The translations under genes were made by a program, and so were the position numbers. Shown in pieces: positions 49,651 through 61,599 of a DNA stretch of 64,000 nt. How positions within the stretch are numbered: the first letter of the stretch is position 1; every line of letters begins with the position of its first letter. The DNA lies in contig OZ210885.1 in the NCBI GenBank assembly GCA_964658305.1, positions 16,120,001 to 16,184,000 of the forward strand. The letters run 5' to 3'. Under the pieces are notes generated by a model. The model was not told the origin of the DNA, ran no database searches, and saw only the letters and a program-made list of their open reading frames with translations. The stretch comes from Leptogorgia sarmentosa (Eukaryota).

Positions 49651-52491
49651 ATGAAGAGAGGATATCCTTACACAAGTGGTAATCTTAATTTTGGTTACGA
49701 ATATGATTACAAACCAAAAAGTTCAAAAGGTGATGGTGGTGGGAGTGGTACTCCCGGGCCGCGAGGACCCCCGGGACCTGAGGGACCTACAGGACCTGCT
49801 GGTCCTGTAGGATCTCAAGGATTACCCGGAGCCATAGGACCTCCCGGTCCTCAGGGGGCACAAGGGCAGCAAGGACCCCCCGGACGTGAAGGAGATAAAG
49901 AAAACGACGGCACTCTGGGTTCCCAGGGACCACAAGGACCGCGAGGGTTGCGAGGACTAAAAGAAAACGATGGGGCACGGGGGCGTGATGGGCCACAAGG
50001 ACATCGAGGAATTCCCGGTGCAGCTGCCAATAAATGGGATAAGGGAGACACTGGTGATCAGGGACCTCCCGGTCCTCAGGGAGCACAAGGTCAACAAAGT
50101 CCCCCCGGACCTCAAGGAAGTACCGGTTGTAGGTTTGAAACGTAACCTTTGAACTTTATATCTAATTTCCTGTTTATCGTAATTAGTTAGTTCCTGCGGC
50201 TACACATCTAGTAGCGCAGTTAGGTTTATTATTTCACTTATAAGTTAGTCAACCAAGAGCGAGGACGCGTCTTTACTGTTCAACCTTCAATCTTTTGGAA
50301 CTCTATAGAAGTTTGGTGTGTGCGCCAACTAAAGTAAGACTTCATCCATCGTTTTTAGTTAGGTTTATCGTTTGGTATATTTAGTGCATGCGTAACCGTA
50401 ATTTATTAACAGTATCGTATTTAGTCGCATGTTTAGTAGATTATTTCGCGCATGATTAAGCAGGGCTTGTATATTGTTGTTTTCTAGTTCGAACCCGCAC
50501 ATCTCTCGTATACCGCACATCTCTCGTATACCGCACATCTCTCGTATACCGCACATTTGTACGCACAGTTCTACCGCACAGTATTCCGCATAACTCATCT
50601 AAACAATTCAACCTATCGGAATTAAAGACATTTGCTCTACGTCTGTGTTAGCGGTTTCTATTCGCGTGTGGCGTTCAATTTTATGGCGTTTACGGCATGC
50701 CAAAGCTTCAAGTAGCTCTTGGATGGATCTGGGAGTTACACCGGTAGCCAAGGACCCACAGGACCCAAAGGGGCTACAGGAAAAACAGGACCCCAAGGAA
50801 ACCCGGGACCCAAAGGGGACAAAGGAGATCAGGGACATTCAGGATCCACAGGACCTCGCGGTTTAACTGGTCCCGCTGGGGCTACAGGTCCTCAGGGACC
50901 GATAGGTGCCCCTGGACCAAAAGGGTCTAAAGGAGATAGGGGTGTCCCTGGAAATGAGGGTAATAATGGAGCTCAAGGACCCGCAGGACCGGCAGGACCT
51001 ACGGGAAGCCAAGGTGCTCCTGGATTACGCGGACAAAAAGGACCCAAGGGAGATCAGGGAAACCTGGGACCTAAAGAAGACAAAGGAGAAACCGGATCTA
51101 TTGGACATACAGGAAACGCAGGACCTATCGGAAACACTGGACCTATGGGACCTACTGGACCCACAGGACCGCGTGGACAGAAAGGAGCCAAAGGGGACAA
51201 AGGAGATAAAGGAGATGTTGGCGATTTCAACGCCGCCACAGAAAAGCAGCTTATTATGATCAATAAAAACTTTGGACAAATAACTTACCCACACGCTTTT
51301 CAAACCTTCGAATTTGTGGATTCGGGTGCTGATGCCCCTACCAATAATGGTAGGGGAAGCAATCTTGTTGTAACAAAAAGCACTGCAAACGTGATGGTGC
51401 CGATTTTGGGTCCTCGCGCTCCTATAAACTTAACCCAAACATCATCAATCTCAGACATAACAGAAATCTCTTTTACCGCCCTATACTCTCAAGCACAGTC
51501 ATACGGAGTAATATTCGCGATCCAAGATCACGACGGTAACGCAGCAAAATCTTTATCCATGACCGTATCCAGCGGTCAAGTTTCCACAACTCCTCCTATG
51601 AGACGTCTAGGGTTGGCAGAACACAACGGAAAAACATTCGAATACTATTTGGCAAGAGTTGGTGCAAATTATGGTGACGCAAAAGCACAATTTACTATTA
51701 CAATTACATACGCAAGTGACACTTTACCCAGCGATACGATGGTGGTAAACGTTTACGGAGGATTTACGTTTCTGCAGTCATCCGTTGCAAATTATTTCAG
51801 TGCAAATCTCACAGACAAACTTCATTTTCCCCATCACAAAGACTTTGAAAGGCAGAAATTCAAAAGTATCATGAGAGGAAACACTCTTCTCGCGGGATTC
51901 AAACAACAAGATGGAACTATCCGCCCTACGGATAAACTAAAAATAGCCAGCACAAACCTTTTAGATTCTACCTCGCTGACTTTGGTAAAAAATATACTAC
52001 ATTATATCCCAAACGCATACAATAATACAGTGATGGACACTTTATTTATGACATCACCATCGCAAACATCCTCAACGTGGTGTTACCCTAAAGCCCTCAT
52101 CAGCGGATACCCCTCACCAATCTTCCTGTTAGTAAGCACCGATCCTTCGCGTATAACATTACTAACGCATGCATTCGACGATGATAACAATATCTGTAAT
52201 AATTTGGAATTGGAATTCCGCCTACTTTTGTACACAGCCGGTACAAACACACCTGGTACAAACACACAAACAGACGGTGAAACAGCAGCTACCCTTGGTA
52301 CAATAAAATACAAGGACAAAAAACGATCCGAAAGAAAATTCTGCCTCAATCATGCATTTGAATATAGCCCCCCAAAGACAGGGGTCTATATTTGTTACAC
52401 TATACAATTCAGACAAATAAAGCCCACAACTGCAATCGATAATGAGTCAAATATTGTATTCAACGCTGTACAATTACCAAAACTTCAATAA
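49651..52491 (+). pseudogene. Collagen-like (Gly-X-Y) protein with a non-collagen C-terminal domain; about 740 aa once the solo LTR is removed
   Basis: Gly-X-Y runs lie on both sides of the insertion. Excising 50128-50745 gives in-frame ..QGSTG|SQGPTG... Confidence 0.85.
50128..50740. mobile_element. Solo LTR in the collagen-like gene
   Basis: TGTA..TACA termini and a perfect 5-bp TSD CCGGT (50123-50127 and 50741-50745). Internal 18-bp tandem repeat at ~50494-50556. Confidence 0.9.
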
Positions 52492-52947
52492 AATGTTTAA
52501 AAACTTTTATTTCATGTGTTAATGTTACAAGGTTTTACTATAAAAATGTTTTAAAAAAGTGTACATCCACGGCCAAGAATAAACTTATCCCCAGAAAGAC
52601 AAGTATACCCGAATGGTGTTTTTTGCACTTCAACACTGGATTTCAAAGGTTCTTCTTTGGGTTTCCCAACAGGTTTGTTAGCCTCACTATAAAAATGTTT
52701 AAAAAACCTTTATACAATGTTTTACTTGGATGTCTTAAAAAAGTGTAACCCCGTACTTTGTGCTCGTTGGATTATCTTTACCCACATACATAGTAGGCTT
52801 GTAATGTTTGGTAAAAGTTTCCTCTATCTTGTCAATCTTGCCATTAAGAACTGTGATATCTTCGGACATACTTTTTACACCAATAACCACACGTCCCAGT
52901 AACTTTAAAATCTGTACACCCAACACCTTTTTAATCCGTTTTGTGTC

Positions 52948-53628
52948 TTACTGATTTCCCTCCTCTACTTGCGACGTACTCGGTTGTGGTTCCAAATCGA
53001 TCACCTGCGGTGGTGGGGATAGGTCTACCAAATCGATTACTTTTTCGACCGGTTTGTCGGTTGGCTCACTTTGTGGTGTACTCAGTGGTATGAGTGGCAT
53101 ATCTCCCGCTTCGGTTGGCTCACTTTGTGGTGGTATGCTCGAGGGTATGAGCGGCATATCTTCCGGCTTGGTAACTTCCATGCTCTGTGGTGGGTCTGTT
53201 TTCTGTATAAACTTGAGAGTTGCCTGTCTGTTTTTCTTCATCAATGAAGGGGTTTTCTTTATCAATGCCTTCAAATACTTTCCCAATTCCGGGGTAATAT
53301 TACTACCACCCCAATCGTGTGTTTCTGCTGTTTGGATCAAAGCATCAAAAATACGTCTGGTTGGTGTACTTCTTGAAATTTTAGAACATTGTACGCATTT
53401 CTTAACACCCTCCGTTTTAGCATTATTACTGATTATTTTCTGTTTCACTCTTTTCATGTGTGAGCGTAATGGTGTCGCGGAAAAATCCTTATTTCCTTCC
53501 CACCAAACATACAAAGTGGTATGGGTAGCCACTTTATACGGTTCGTTTTTAGTGACTGTAATCCAGTGGTATTTTTTACTTTTCTTAAACATATATGGTA
53601 GCATACGCTCCCACACATATTCGCTCAC
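52948..53628 (-). CDS. Polinton hypothetical protein with Pro-rich tail
   Basis: 226-aa open ORF starting just inside the right TIR. No recognised domain. Confidence 0.55.
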   Translation of the reverse strand: MSEYVWERMLPYMFKKSKKYHWITVTKNEPYKVATHTTLYVWWEGNKDFSATPLRSHMKRVKQKIISNNAKTEGVKKCVQCSKISRSTPTRRIFDALIQTAETHDWGGSNITPELGKYLKALIKKTPSLMKKNRQATLKFIQKTDPPQSMEVTKPEDMPLIPSSIPPQSEPTEAGDMPLIPLSTPQSEPTDKPVEKVIDLVDLSPPPQVIDLEPQPSTSQVEEGNQ

Positions 53629-53707
53629 ATTTACAACAACACATCGTGAAAAATCTATTTTCGAAATGAAATAAAACTACTATGCTCTGGGGTTTAAATA
53701 CATCAAA

Positions 53708-54539
53708 CCACGTAAAAACCACAAGTAAAAACCGCAAGTAAAAAACCGCACGTAAAAACCTATTTAAGAACGAACGCAGCAACAAATACACACAAAATGA
53801 ATATCGTTGACATAAAATTACGTACATTAAACGCAACTACCTGCGAAATGGAAGAAGTTAACAGTTTTACGCAAAAAGAAGTGTGCGAGAGATGGCAAAG
53901 TCAACCTGTTAATGAAGATCAATGGGGTGAAATGTCAAAAGAAATGCAAGACGCACTAGAACAAGAAAATAAGACCAAAAACGGTTTAGAAAAAGAGACC
54001 AAAATGCAAAAAAGTAGCCCCGCAAGTGATGAGGTAACAACCAAATGCTGCCATGCAATGCAAAAAGAACGCTGTGAATGGCAATATTACAAATTTTTAA
54101 AAAGTGACGACGAAGAAACTGAAAACGAAGAAACTGAAAACGAAGAAACTGAAGACGAAGAAACTGGAGACGAAGAGTGTCCTGAGGACTTAAAAGAGTT
54201 TAACTGTTACATGTAAAACACTACTAAATAAAAAGTTATATTAAATTTGGAAAATACTTTGTAAATAAATACGTTTTTGATTAATAAAAAACACATTTTA
54301 TTGAAAAAACATTGTGTGAAATGGTAAAAGAGAGGTTAACCCCCATTTTTAAAAAAGGGGGTGTGGGAACCAAAAAATATCACCCACACAACCCCTCGCA
54401 ATATCCCCCACGCAATATCCTCCACGCAATATCCCCCACGCAATATCCCCCACGCAATATCCCCACGCAAAACAAAAAATCCCACGCCAATTCCACGAGT
54501 TGCGTGGGATTGATGCTGAAGTGCCAGTATAGTACTACT
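53708..54539 (-). repeat. Polinton right TIR, with an extra 14-bp tandem array (CCCCACGCAATATC) at ~54392-54470
   Basis: Reverse complement of the left TIR apart from the tandem array and a 15-bp coding repeat. Confidence 0.9.
53797..54216 (+). CDS. TIR-encoded acidic hypothetical protein (second copy at 31821-32267, minus strand)
   Basis: Near-identical ORFs are open in both TIRs and end in an acidic (EETEN)n tail. Function unknown. Confidence 0.55.
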   Translation: MNIVDIKLRTLNATTCEMEEVNSFTQKEVCERWQSQPVNEDQWGEMSKEMQDALEQENKTKNGLEKETKMQKSSPASDEVTTKCCHAMQKERCEWQYYKFLKSDDEETENEETENEETEDEETGDEECPEDLKEFNCYM

Positions 54540-55649
54540 ATGGATATGTGTAACTTTGTCGAATTGCACAACAATTTGATGAAGGCCTGCTGATGCTTTT
54601 GATGCTCTGACTATGTTCTTATTAGTCTTGTTAACTCCCATGCTTTCAACCACAGACTTACATCTACTCATCTTGTTACATATCTCTTGGGTAAGATCAC
54701 ATTCAACGTTTTTTCCACATCCACCATTCCAGTTTATGAAGCGATCCCAAGTCATGCGGTGGTGAATTTCTTCAGAGAATAGTGCCTCAGATTGGGCAAT
54801 TGCTGTGAACATCTCTAATGCATACCTTGAAAATTTGTTTGAAGACTTGAAGTAGAGTAACAGTCTCTTAATGTTAATGTTACACCTTTGTCCATCACCT
54901 TCAGCAGATGTATCAATAAGCTGCATTAAAAATACTGTAAGCTCTAACATGTTGAATCCATAGTATCTTGGAAAGAGGAAAAAATAAGATGAGAAGTAAT
55001 AATAATCATGGTTGTTAGATGGATTTGTTCCAATATATTTTGTTATCAAATATTGTGGTGTGAGAACTCTACCTCACTCTATCTTGTGCATCATCAGAAG
55101 GACAAGGTGACTGATCTGGCAATACATTCTCATTGTCGGGATCATGTACAACATAACTGGTGATAAAAGACTGAACAGCAGCATCAAAGTAATCTTTTTT
55201 CTGCTTATTATTCCTTAGATTAAGAGGAATAATATTCTTTGTTGGAGTCGCACTTAAATCTGTCATTCCCCAAAATTCAAGTGCACCTTCTAACAAGTAT
55301 GCTGTTCCAACACTTAGAACAAACTGTTCACAACCCTCATATGAGTCGAGTACCTTGGCTGGAGTCACATTCTTACGTCCATATCTCTCTCTGAAAAACT
55401 TCAGTGTTCCTTGCTCTCTTACAGAATTTGAATTGTACAACAAGTCAAAGATTAACTAAAATAGCATATAAATAACAAAAATAAATAACAACATAAGATT
55501 ATGCTATTGTAAGCAATAACCATGTACATGTTTTAAGTTGTCTTTCATTTCATAATGTTAAAGTGCCAATTGTTCAAATATAAGTTTCTATCTACATTAT
55601 TGTCATACATTTTGATCTACTACTTTAATGTCACTTAAAAGATAACAAT

Positions 55650-58600
55650 GCGAGATGAGATAGATAGTTTATTTGCGTATAAAACATTGCAGCCAAGGGC
55701 TGAATTGAGTTATATAATACAACAATTCATAATAATACTATATATAAAAATATATTACAACAATTCAATAAGCAATACTATATATAAAATGTATATCGGT
55801 CGTGGAAGTCTCTATTGAGTTAATATTTCAACGCATTATGCGTAATAAAACTATTTCGGTAACATTTCGTTTTAAAGGTAACATTAAACTTTCTTTTTTC
55901 CCTCAAATTAGTGTCACTGTTATTACATGGAGGAAGTAAAATGTGTAATTTGTGATCCTTATTGGACACTGTGTCCTGAAACAATTTATCTGAGAGTTTT
56001 TGTCTTCTATCATGGAGAGATTGTAGTCCAGTAATTGTCAGAGCCTCACCATAAGACGACCATTGGAAAATAATTCGCAACGCTCTTTTCTGTATAGACT
56101 CTAGGTCGTTCGATAAATAGCTTGTTAGGCTGCTATGGAAGGCCGGGCACGCGTATTCTGTGATCTGTGAAAACTGAAGCAGCTCTTCGATGCGTATGTT
56201 AGATCTTTTTAATTGGGTTAAGCAATATAGTCTTTTTCGAGCTTTCTTCGTAATCTCCTGAACGTGCTCATTCCATTTAAGATCGTCAGAAATCGTCACA
56301 CCCAAAATCTTAGCCTTCTTAACCACCTCTAAAGACTTATTGTGTATTTTAATCGGGTCGAGTCCATTTGTTGATTTACCAAATCCTATTCGCAGCTCTT
56401 TACATTTTCCCTCATTCAGTTGAAATTTATTAGCTTCTGATTGATTAACTAGGTCGTCTACATCATTCTGAATACTGCTTGAGCCTCCCTTGATGATGCT
56501 TTCGGCCATGGAAGTGTCGTCTACGAATCTCCATAACTTTGAAGCGGGCACGCCAAGGTCATTGACCATAACAACGTATAACCAGGGACCCAACTTGGTT
56601 CCTTGGGGTACTCCAGCTGGAACTAACTTCCACTCTGAATAACAGTATTCATTCAGCTTAACTCGTTGTTTCCTACATGTTAAGAAGTCGGTAATCCACT
56701 CCAACGCCCATTGAGGGGTATCATATGTTGCTAATTTGTTGAGGAGTAACTTGTGGTCGATCAAGTCAAATGCTTTCCTGTAGTCGAATAAAACGACTCT
56801 GGTTGTTCCACCATTTCCGTCGGTTGACTGATTTAAGAAGTGAAGCATACTTATAATGGCTTGAGTGGTACTTGATTTGGGCACGGAGCCATATTGATTA
56901 GGATCAATTTTCTTTAGGACAGCTGGTTTAACAGTTTGAACGACATAATCTTCAGCGATCTTCGACAAAATTGGCGTCAAGGGAATTGGACGTAAATCTT
57001 TATTAACATCACGCACCGGTTTTACCTTGGGGATAGGAATAATATTTGCAAGTTTCCATGAGCATGGAAGTTGACCTTCATTGTACGAAGTATTAATTAT
57101 ATCAGCCACGGTGTTAGATAAAAGGTCTGCGTTCTCTTTGAGAATCCATATCGGTATTCCATCTGGTCCAGCAGCTTTGCCTGGGTTCAGTGTTGTCAAT
57201 TTTTTAAAGACAAAGAATTCCGAAACTTTAGGTTCGTCTGGCATTCTATTAGGGTCGGCTTGTCGGTTATAGATCGCCAATGGACTGAAGTCTTTCATTG
57301 GTTCCAGGAACGCTTGGTTAACTGCGTTGGCCAGTTCTTCTGGATTAGCAAGGTTTGAATCCGAGTTGTGTTCGATATTCCACAACATAGACATTGTGTC
57401 TTCATGCTTGCTAACTTGTTCAGACATACCGCACAACCTCTTAATTTCCGTCCACCAGATTGCCGGTGCACTGTTTCTTAGTTGCTTAACCTTGCCATCA
57501 TAGTATTTAACTCGTAACCTTTTCCTATCCCGGTTTACCTGGTTCCTCAACTTACGAAATGTTATGAGATCACTTTGAGCAAGAGCTTTTTGACGACTAT
57601 GAATTAGCTTTTTCAACGATTGAGACATCCATGGCAGTTCGTTGCTTATCAGGATCTTTTTCTTAATGGGGGCAATTGCATCCAAACCAGTTTTAATGAT
57701 CAACTCTAGGATTTCGACTTTTTCGTTACACGAGGTTTGATTTTTGACTAATTCCTCAACATTTACTTCCTTAAGATACTGCCTCAGAGCCAGCCGTTTA
57801 GTAGCCCTCAGGTCTCTAGATTTGGTGTGAATGGTCTGTTGTGACACTTGTGACCGAACCCGGGGTTGTACTACGATAGTATAGTGATCGGACAATCCAA
57901 AGGGTGCGAACTTCTTTGGGGTATCGTAAAATTTGTCCAAGTTCGTCAGTAGTAGATCGAGGGTATTTCTTCCATGAGTGGCAAATTTTATGAGTTGTTT
58001 CAACTTAAATGCGTTTTTGACTCTTGATACATTCAACTTATTAAAATCTCCCAGTAAAATAATGCCACTGTTTAAAAATTGTGACTCAATACTTATTAAA
58101 CTCTCATACAAGTAATGTATCATTGATAGATCATCTGCACTTGGTGGATGGTACACAATACCCACTATGATGTTTGATATACCCCTAGGGAGACGCAAGG
58201 GTTTAAGTGACAGCCAAAGTACTTCAAAACGAGCATCGAACAGATTTTCTAAAATTTGATACTTTATATTGTTCCGCACATATGCACAAACTCCACCGTG
58301 CTGCCCAGAGCATCTATCTCTTCTAATTAAGTTGTAGTCGGTGATAGAAACTATTTGGTCTGGTATATGATCCTGAAGCCAGGTTTCAACAAAACAACCA
58401 AGGTCAGCTTGTAAATTGTTTAATACTTCTCGGACTTCGTCTATTTTTGGGGCTAAGGACATGGTGTTCGACAATAATATCGTGGGGACAAATTGTGATG
58501 GCGAGCCCTGGACTCCCACTGAGGGTGAGATAGGTATTTTAACTAAATTGAGAGGGTTCCTAGGTCTAATTAAGTTACTTGGTTTATGTAATAGAGGGAT

Positions 58601-60095
58601 ATTGCGATCAGTTATAAGTACTGGGATTTTCTTCACAGTACTATTAATTTCTTTCACTTTCATGTCACACGATTTAAGAGATTTAGATGATTGATCCAAT
58701 GTTGCTCTCTCCTTTGAACCTGGTAACGAAACCAAGGAAGGGGTTGCTTGTGTGGCATATTGGTCTTGCTTTGGTAATCTGAAATCAGTTTTTTTGAGAA
58801 GGATCTCGCTTGGGGATAGCGGTGTCGGGGTTGCTTCCGAAAAAAAGGATGTTGATGTCGTTGGCCATGCGGTTGAAGAGGTGTCGATTTATGAGCGGTT
58901 CGGGTATGACTAACAAATACCGGTGATTCAATTAATGGTAAATTTCCCTTAGAGTTGCTGTCCTGACTAGCTTGATGTGTGGTGCTGTCGTGTTTATGAA
59001 TTTTTTCCGCACTTGACAGTTGATGAGCGATTACACGATTTGGGCTTAACTGCTGGTTATCTTCAATAACGATTAAATCTTCATTGTTTTGTTGTATTCT
59101 AGTTTGGTCATTAGTGATTAAAAGGCCACCCATTTTAATACTATTATTAATATGCTCGCGTTCTTTGTTGTTGTGGAAACCTCTATTTCTCATGTATTGG
59201 GATTGCTGCTTAATCTTGTAATCTTTCATTTGTTGTTCGAATAAGGGGGACACTTGTTTATGAGCGATGATCTCCAGAGTAGGAGGCTTGCTTGCTAACT
59301 CTGTTGTTGTACTTGTGTTGTTTTCCATCGCTGGAGCTATGTGCGTGGTTGAACTGTAATTAACGGCAATGTATTTGTTGTCTTGGTAGCTATGGTTATT
59401 TAATAAAGTATTCCCTTTTGTGATTGTTATATTAGAATAATTGTTCCAATTTCACGCCCTCCTTTTGTTTGCCTTTATCCGCGTTGTTAATTTGGTAATT
59501 CATGTTCTCGGCTCGGCATCTTTCATGTACAGATTGAGCAATCTGTTTATTGTTATCTGCTATGAGATTTTGAGTTTGTTTCTCAATCTCACTAATACGA
59601 GCAGAATGTGAAGCTACTTTCTCCTGTTCTTTATGTAGTGTAGCTGTAAGAATTGTAACTTCCAACTCCAATTCAGCTATAGCAATGTCGTATTTCGCAC
59701 TCATACTTTGGCATTGTTCACCAGAGCGTGTATTCGCAGAGTCATCGGCTGTATGATTCTTAAAAGCATTATAAAGATAGTTTACCTCGTTGTCTTTCAT
59801 TACTTCAAGCCTCTTTCTTTTTAGGGCCATGCCATTTGATTATTAGATTTGTACTTGAGTCTGTGAACAGCTTGACTACGCCGCCTGGTGAGGACCATTC
59901 TCCTTGTAGCTTCAGATTTGTTTCAACAAACGATTTCAGCTCGTTCAATGATCCTTGCCAGTAATATTCGACTTTGCTTATGAGCATTTTAGTAAACATA
60001 AGTTTGTCCTGTGCTGTAATTGTTGAGATTTTCTTCGTATGTGTTATTTACAGTATTTAAGATGGAGCACAGAAATACACGTCTGCTCTCATATG
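55650..60095 (-). mobile_element. L2/CR1-group LINE in an AcademH intron (fragmented ORF1; boundaries approximate)
   Basis: ORF1 pieces 59999-58660, ORF2 present, and a 3' end with AATAAA plus short simple repeats. Confidence 0.85.
55820..58735 (-). CDS. LINE ORF2 (APE endonuclease plus reverse transcriptase), 971-aa open frame
   Basis: VETWL, YHPP, GDFN, SDH, DYRKAFD, GVPQGTKLGP and FVDD. Confidence 0.92.
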   Translation of the reverse strand: MVSLPGSKERATLDQSSKSLKSCDMKVKEINSTVKKIPVLITDRNIPLLHKPSNLIRPRNPLNLVKIPISPSVGVQGSPSQFVPTILLSNTMSLAPKIDEVREVLNNLQADLGCFVETWLQDHIPDQIVSITDYNLIRRDRCSGQHGGVCAYVRNNIKYQILENLFDARFEVLWLSLKPLRLPRGISNIIVGIVYHPPSADDLSMIHYLYESLISIESQFLNSGIILLGDFNKLNVSRVKNAFKLKQLIKFATHGRNTLDLLLTNLDKFYDTPKKFAPFGLSDHYTIVVQPRVRSQVSQQTIHTKSRDLRATKRLALRQYLKEVNVEELVKNQTSCNEKVEILELIIKTGLDAIAPIKKKILISNELPWMSQSLKKLIHSRQKALAQSDLITFRKLRNQVNRDRKRLRVKYYDGKVKQLRNSAPAIWWTEIKRLCGMSEQVSKHEDTMSMLWNIEHNSDSNLANPEELANAVNQAFLEPMKDFSPLAIYNRQADPNRMPDEPKVSEFFVFKKLTTLNPGKAAGPDGIPIWILKENADLLSNTVADIINTSYNEGQLPCSWKLANIIPIPKVKPVRDVNKDLRPIPLTPILSKIAEDYVVQTVKPAVLKKIDPNQYGSVPKSSTTQAIISMLHFLNQSTDGNGGTTRVVLFDYRKAFDLIDHKLLLNKLATYDTPQWALEWITDFLTCRKQRVKLNEYCYSEWKLVPAGVPQGTKLGPWLYVVMVNDLGVPASKLWRFVDDTSMAESIIKGGSSSIQNDVDDLVNQSEANKFQLNEGKCKELRIGFGKSTNGLDPIKIHNKSLEVVKKAKILGVTISDDLKWNEHVQEITKKARKRLYCLTQLKRSNIRIEELLQFSQITEYACPAFHSSLTSYLSNDLESIQKRALRIIFQWSSYGEALTITGLQSLHDRRQKLSDKLFQDTVSNKDHKLHILLPPCNNSDTNLREKRKFNVTFKTKCYRNSFITHNALKY

Positions 60096-61599
60096 GAAAC
60101 GAAACGTTTGTTGTGCAATTCAGTGTTTGTTCTCATCTACTATTTGAGAGAATTGTGTGGGAAAATAAGAGTAAAAATATGGGTACAGTTTAGCACGAAT
60201 CAACATACAGACAACAACATTTATCTATAACAATAGAATTCAAATTCGCAGTGTTTCTTTTTTTATATTTACCTGAGGAAATGATGCTTTAGTATGCCAT
60301 AGTTCAATCTTAAAAGGGCTGCAGTGGTCAAATCTGTCCTTTGCAGTATGAGCACCTGCACGAAGGTCCTTTCCACCAGCAAAACGGACCCTTGTTAACT
60401 GGTCCCCACTAAATGGTACACAAATACCTTTCATGTGATCACTCTTGTCTTTCTGTGTAACATGTGCACCAGGTTGATCAGGTCGCAAATGTGATAAAAT
60501 AGTGCTTTCTTTATGGTTTCCTGCTTGACCACCATTGTTAGGTTTTTGACATATAAGTCCAGCTTTGGTATATATGTCCTCAATTGCATCTTCATATGAA
60601 GCAAGAATATCCACTACATCAGAGTAATTTTTCTCATCTTTCATAACAATAGGTAGAGGTACAATCAAGGATTTCTTTGACATTTCATTTTGGTAGGGGT
60701 GTTCAATATGTGCTGGAACAATGCTGCTGCTAAAAATATTGAATGCTGGCAAATATTTGACCAAAATCCGACCGACAATCACTTTGTAATCTTCCAACAG
60801 TTTCTTACTTTCATCAGCACTCAATAAAAATGAACTGTTATTCAATTTGTTTATGTCATGTTTTGGAGTAAGAGATAAATTGTCTGGAACAGGCACTCGA
60901 TCAAAGATTAGGTTTGAACCAAATAGTGCATGTCTTGATTTTGATGTTTCTTTGTCATATCATGAGCCATTATTCTGAAATCCCAGTTGTCACCTGTGCC
61001 TTGCATCTTGTAACCTTTCTTCACCAATTCAATTGCCTGATCTGCAAAGTGACCACCGACCATGTCTAGTAACTTGATTTTGCTTTGGTGAGATAGAGAA
61101 AAACCAAGCTTTTGACACCTGTTATATAACTAGATAAGAAAATACTAATAATCCCGTAGTGTCTTCGTGACTTTACAGTCCAGGCTTGGTTTAATTAAAA
61201 TGGCAACTCCTCGGCTCCTGTTGGATCCTCGGCTCCATAAACATTGTCCCCCCCATTCCCGTTGCCATGATTGTTCTGTTTCTGCTGTGTCGTTATGTGT
61301 TTCCTGGAGACAGATTAAATCTGTGTTGTATGTTCGTAAAAAGTAAAAAATAAGTTCTCGTTACTTTTTTTTCGCTATTCCGTTACAGTTCAGGTTTATA
61401 CACTTATATGTGAATGTTTAGGTAAAAGGGTGTCTGCTTTTGCCATGAGATACCGCTACAGCAGATCTTTTCTTATGCTTGTTCTTTTTCCTGGGCGACT
61501 TCTCGTTGTTCGTGGTACTAGAGGCAGTGGTTCGCTTTTCAATTTCAGCTTTTTCACCTTTCTCGGGGTTGGAGGTTGTCTTCAGAGCCTTTAGGGTTT

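Larger units (their letters stand above)
31581..54539. mobile_element. Polinton/Maverick (endogenous polintovirus-like element), decayed
   Basis: AGTAGT..ACTACT termini, long TIRs and a 6-bp TSD ATGGCT/ATGGAT (31575-31580 and 54540-54545). Carries pPolB, integrase, ATPase fragment and capsid genes. Confidence 0.95.
31365..61118 (-). pseudogene. AcademH transposase exons (about 61118-60273, 55455-55072, 54967-54540, 31580-31365), interrupted by the LINE and the Polinton
   Basis: GDNWD, GDQLT, ELWH, EGDG..YALE..NW.GG.GKN..CDL..E and HPFRYSPGR motifs. The reading frame rejoins across the Polinton (FDKVTHIH|SATSKKDD). Confidence 0.78.
29276..61150. mobile_element. AcademH-type DNA transposon (RecQ helicase plus convergent DUF6589-type transposase); right end lost
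   Basis: The left end CAACCTCGTCCCCAGGGCCTC..GAGGCCCTGG forms a hairpin exactly where Tx1 is cut. Helicase on + and spliced transposase on -, the arrangement known for AcademH. Confidence 0.75.

Noticed and set aside
49651..52491. Host extracellular-matrix collagen gene
   Set aside because: It has no introns, no evident signal peptide or recognisable COLFI/NC1 domain, and lies within Polinton TIRs.
53054..53674. 206-aa plus-strand ORF and similar antisense ORFs (e.g. 18317-19003, 33241-33561, 61634-62104)
   Set aside because: These are shadows of better-supported genes or repeats on the opposite strand.
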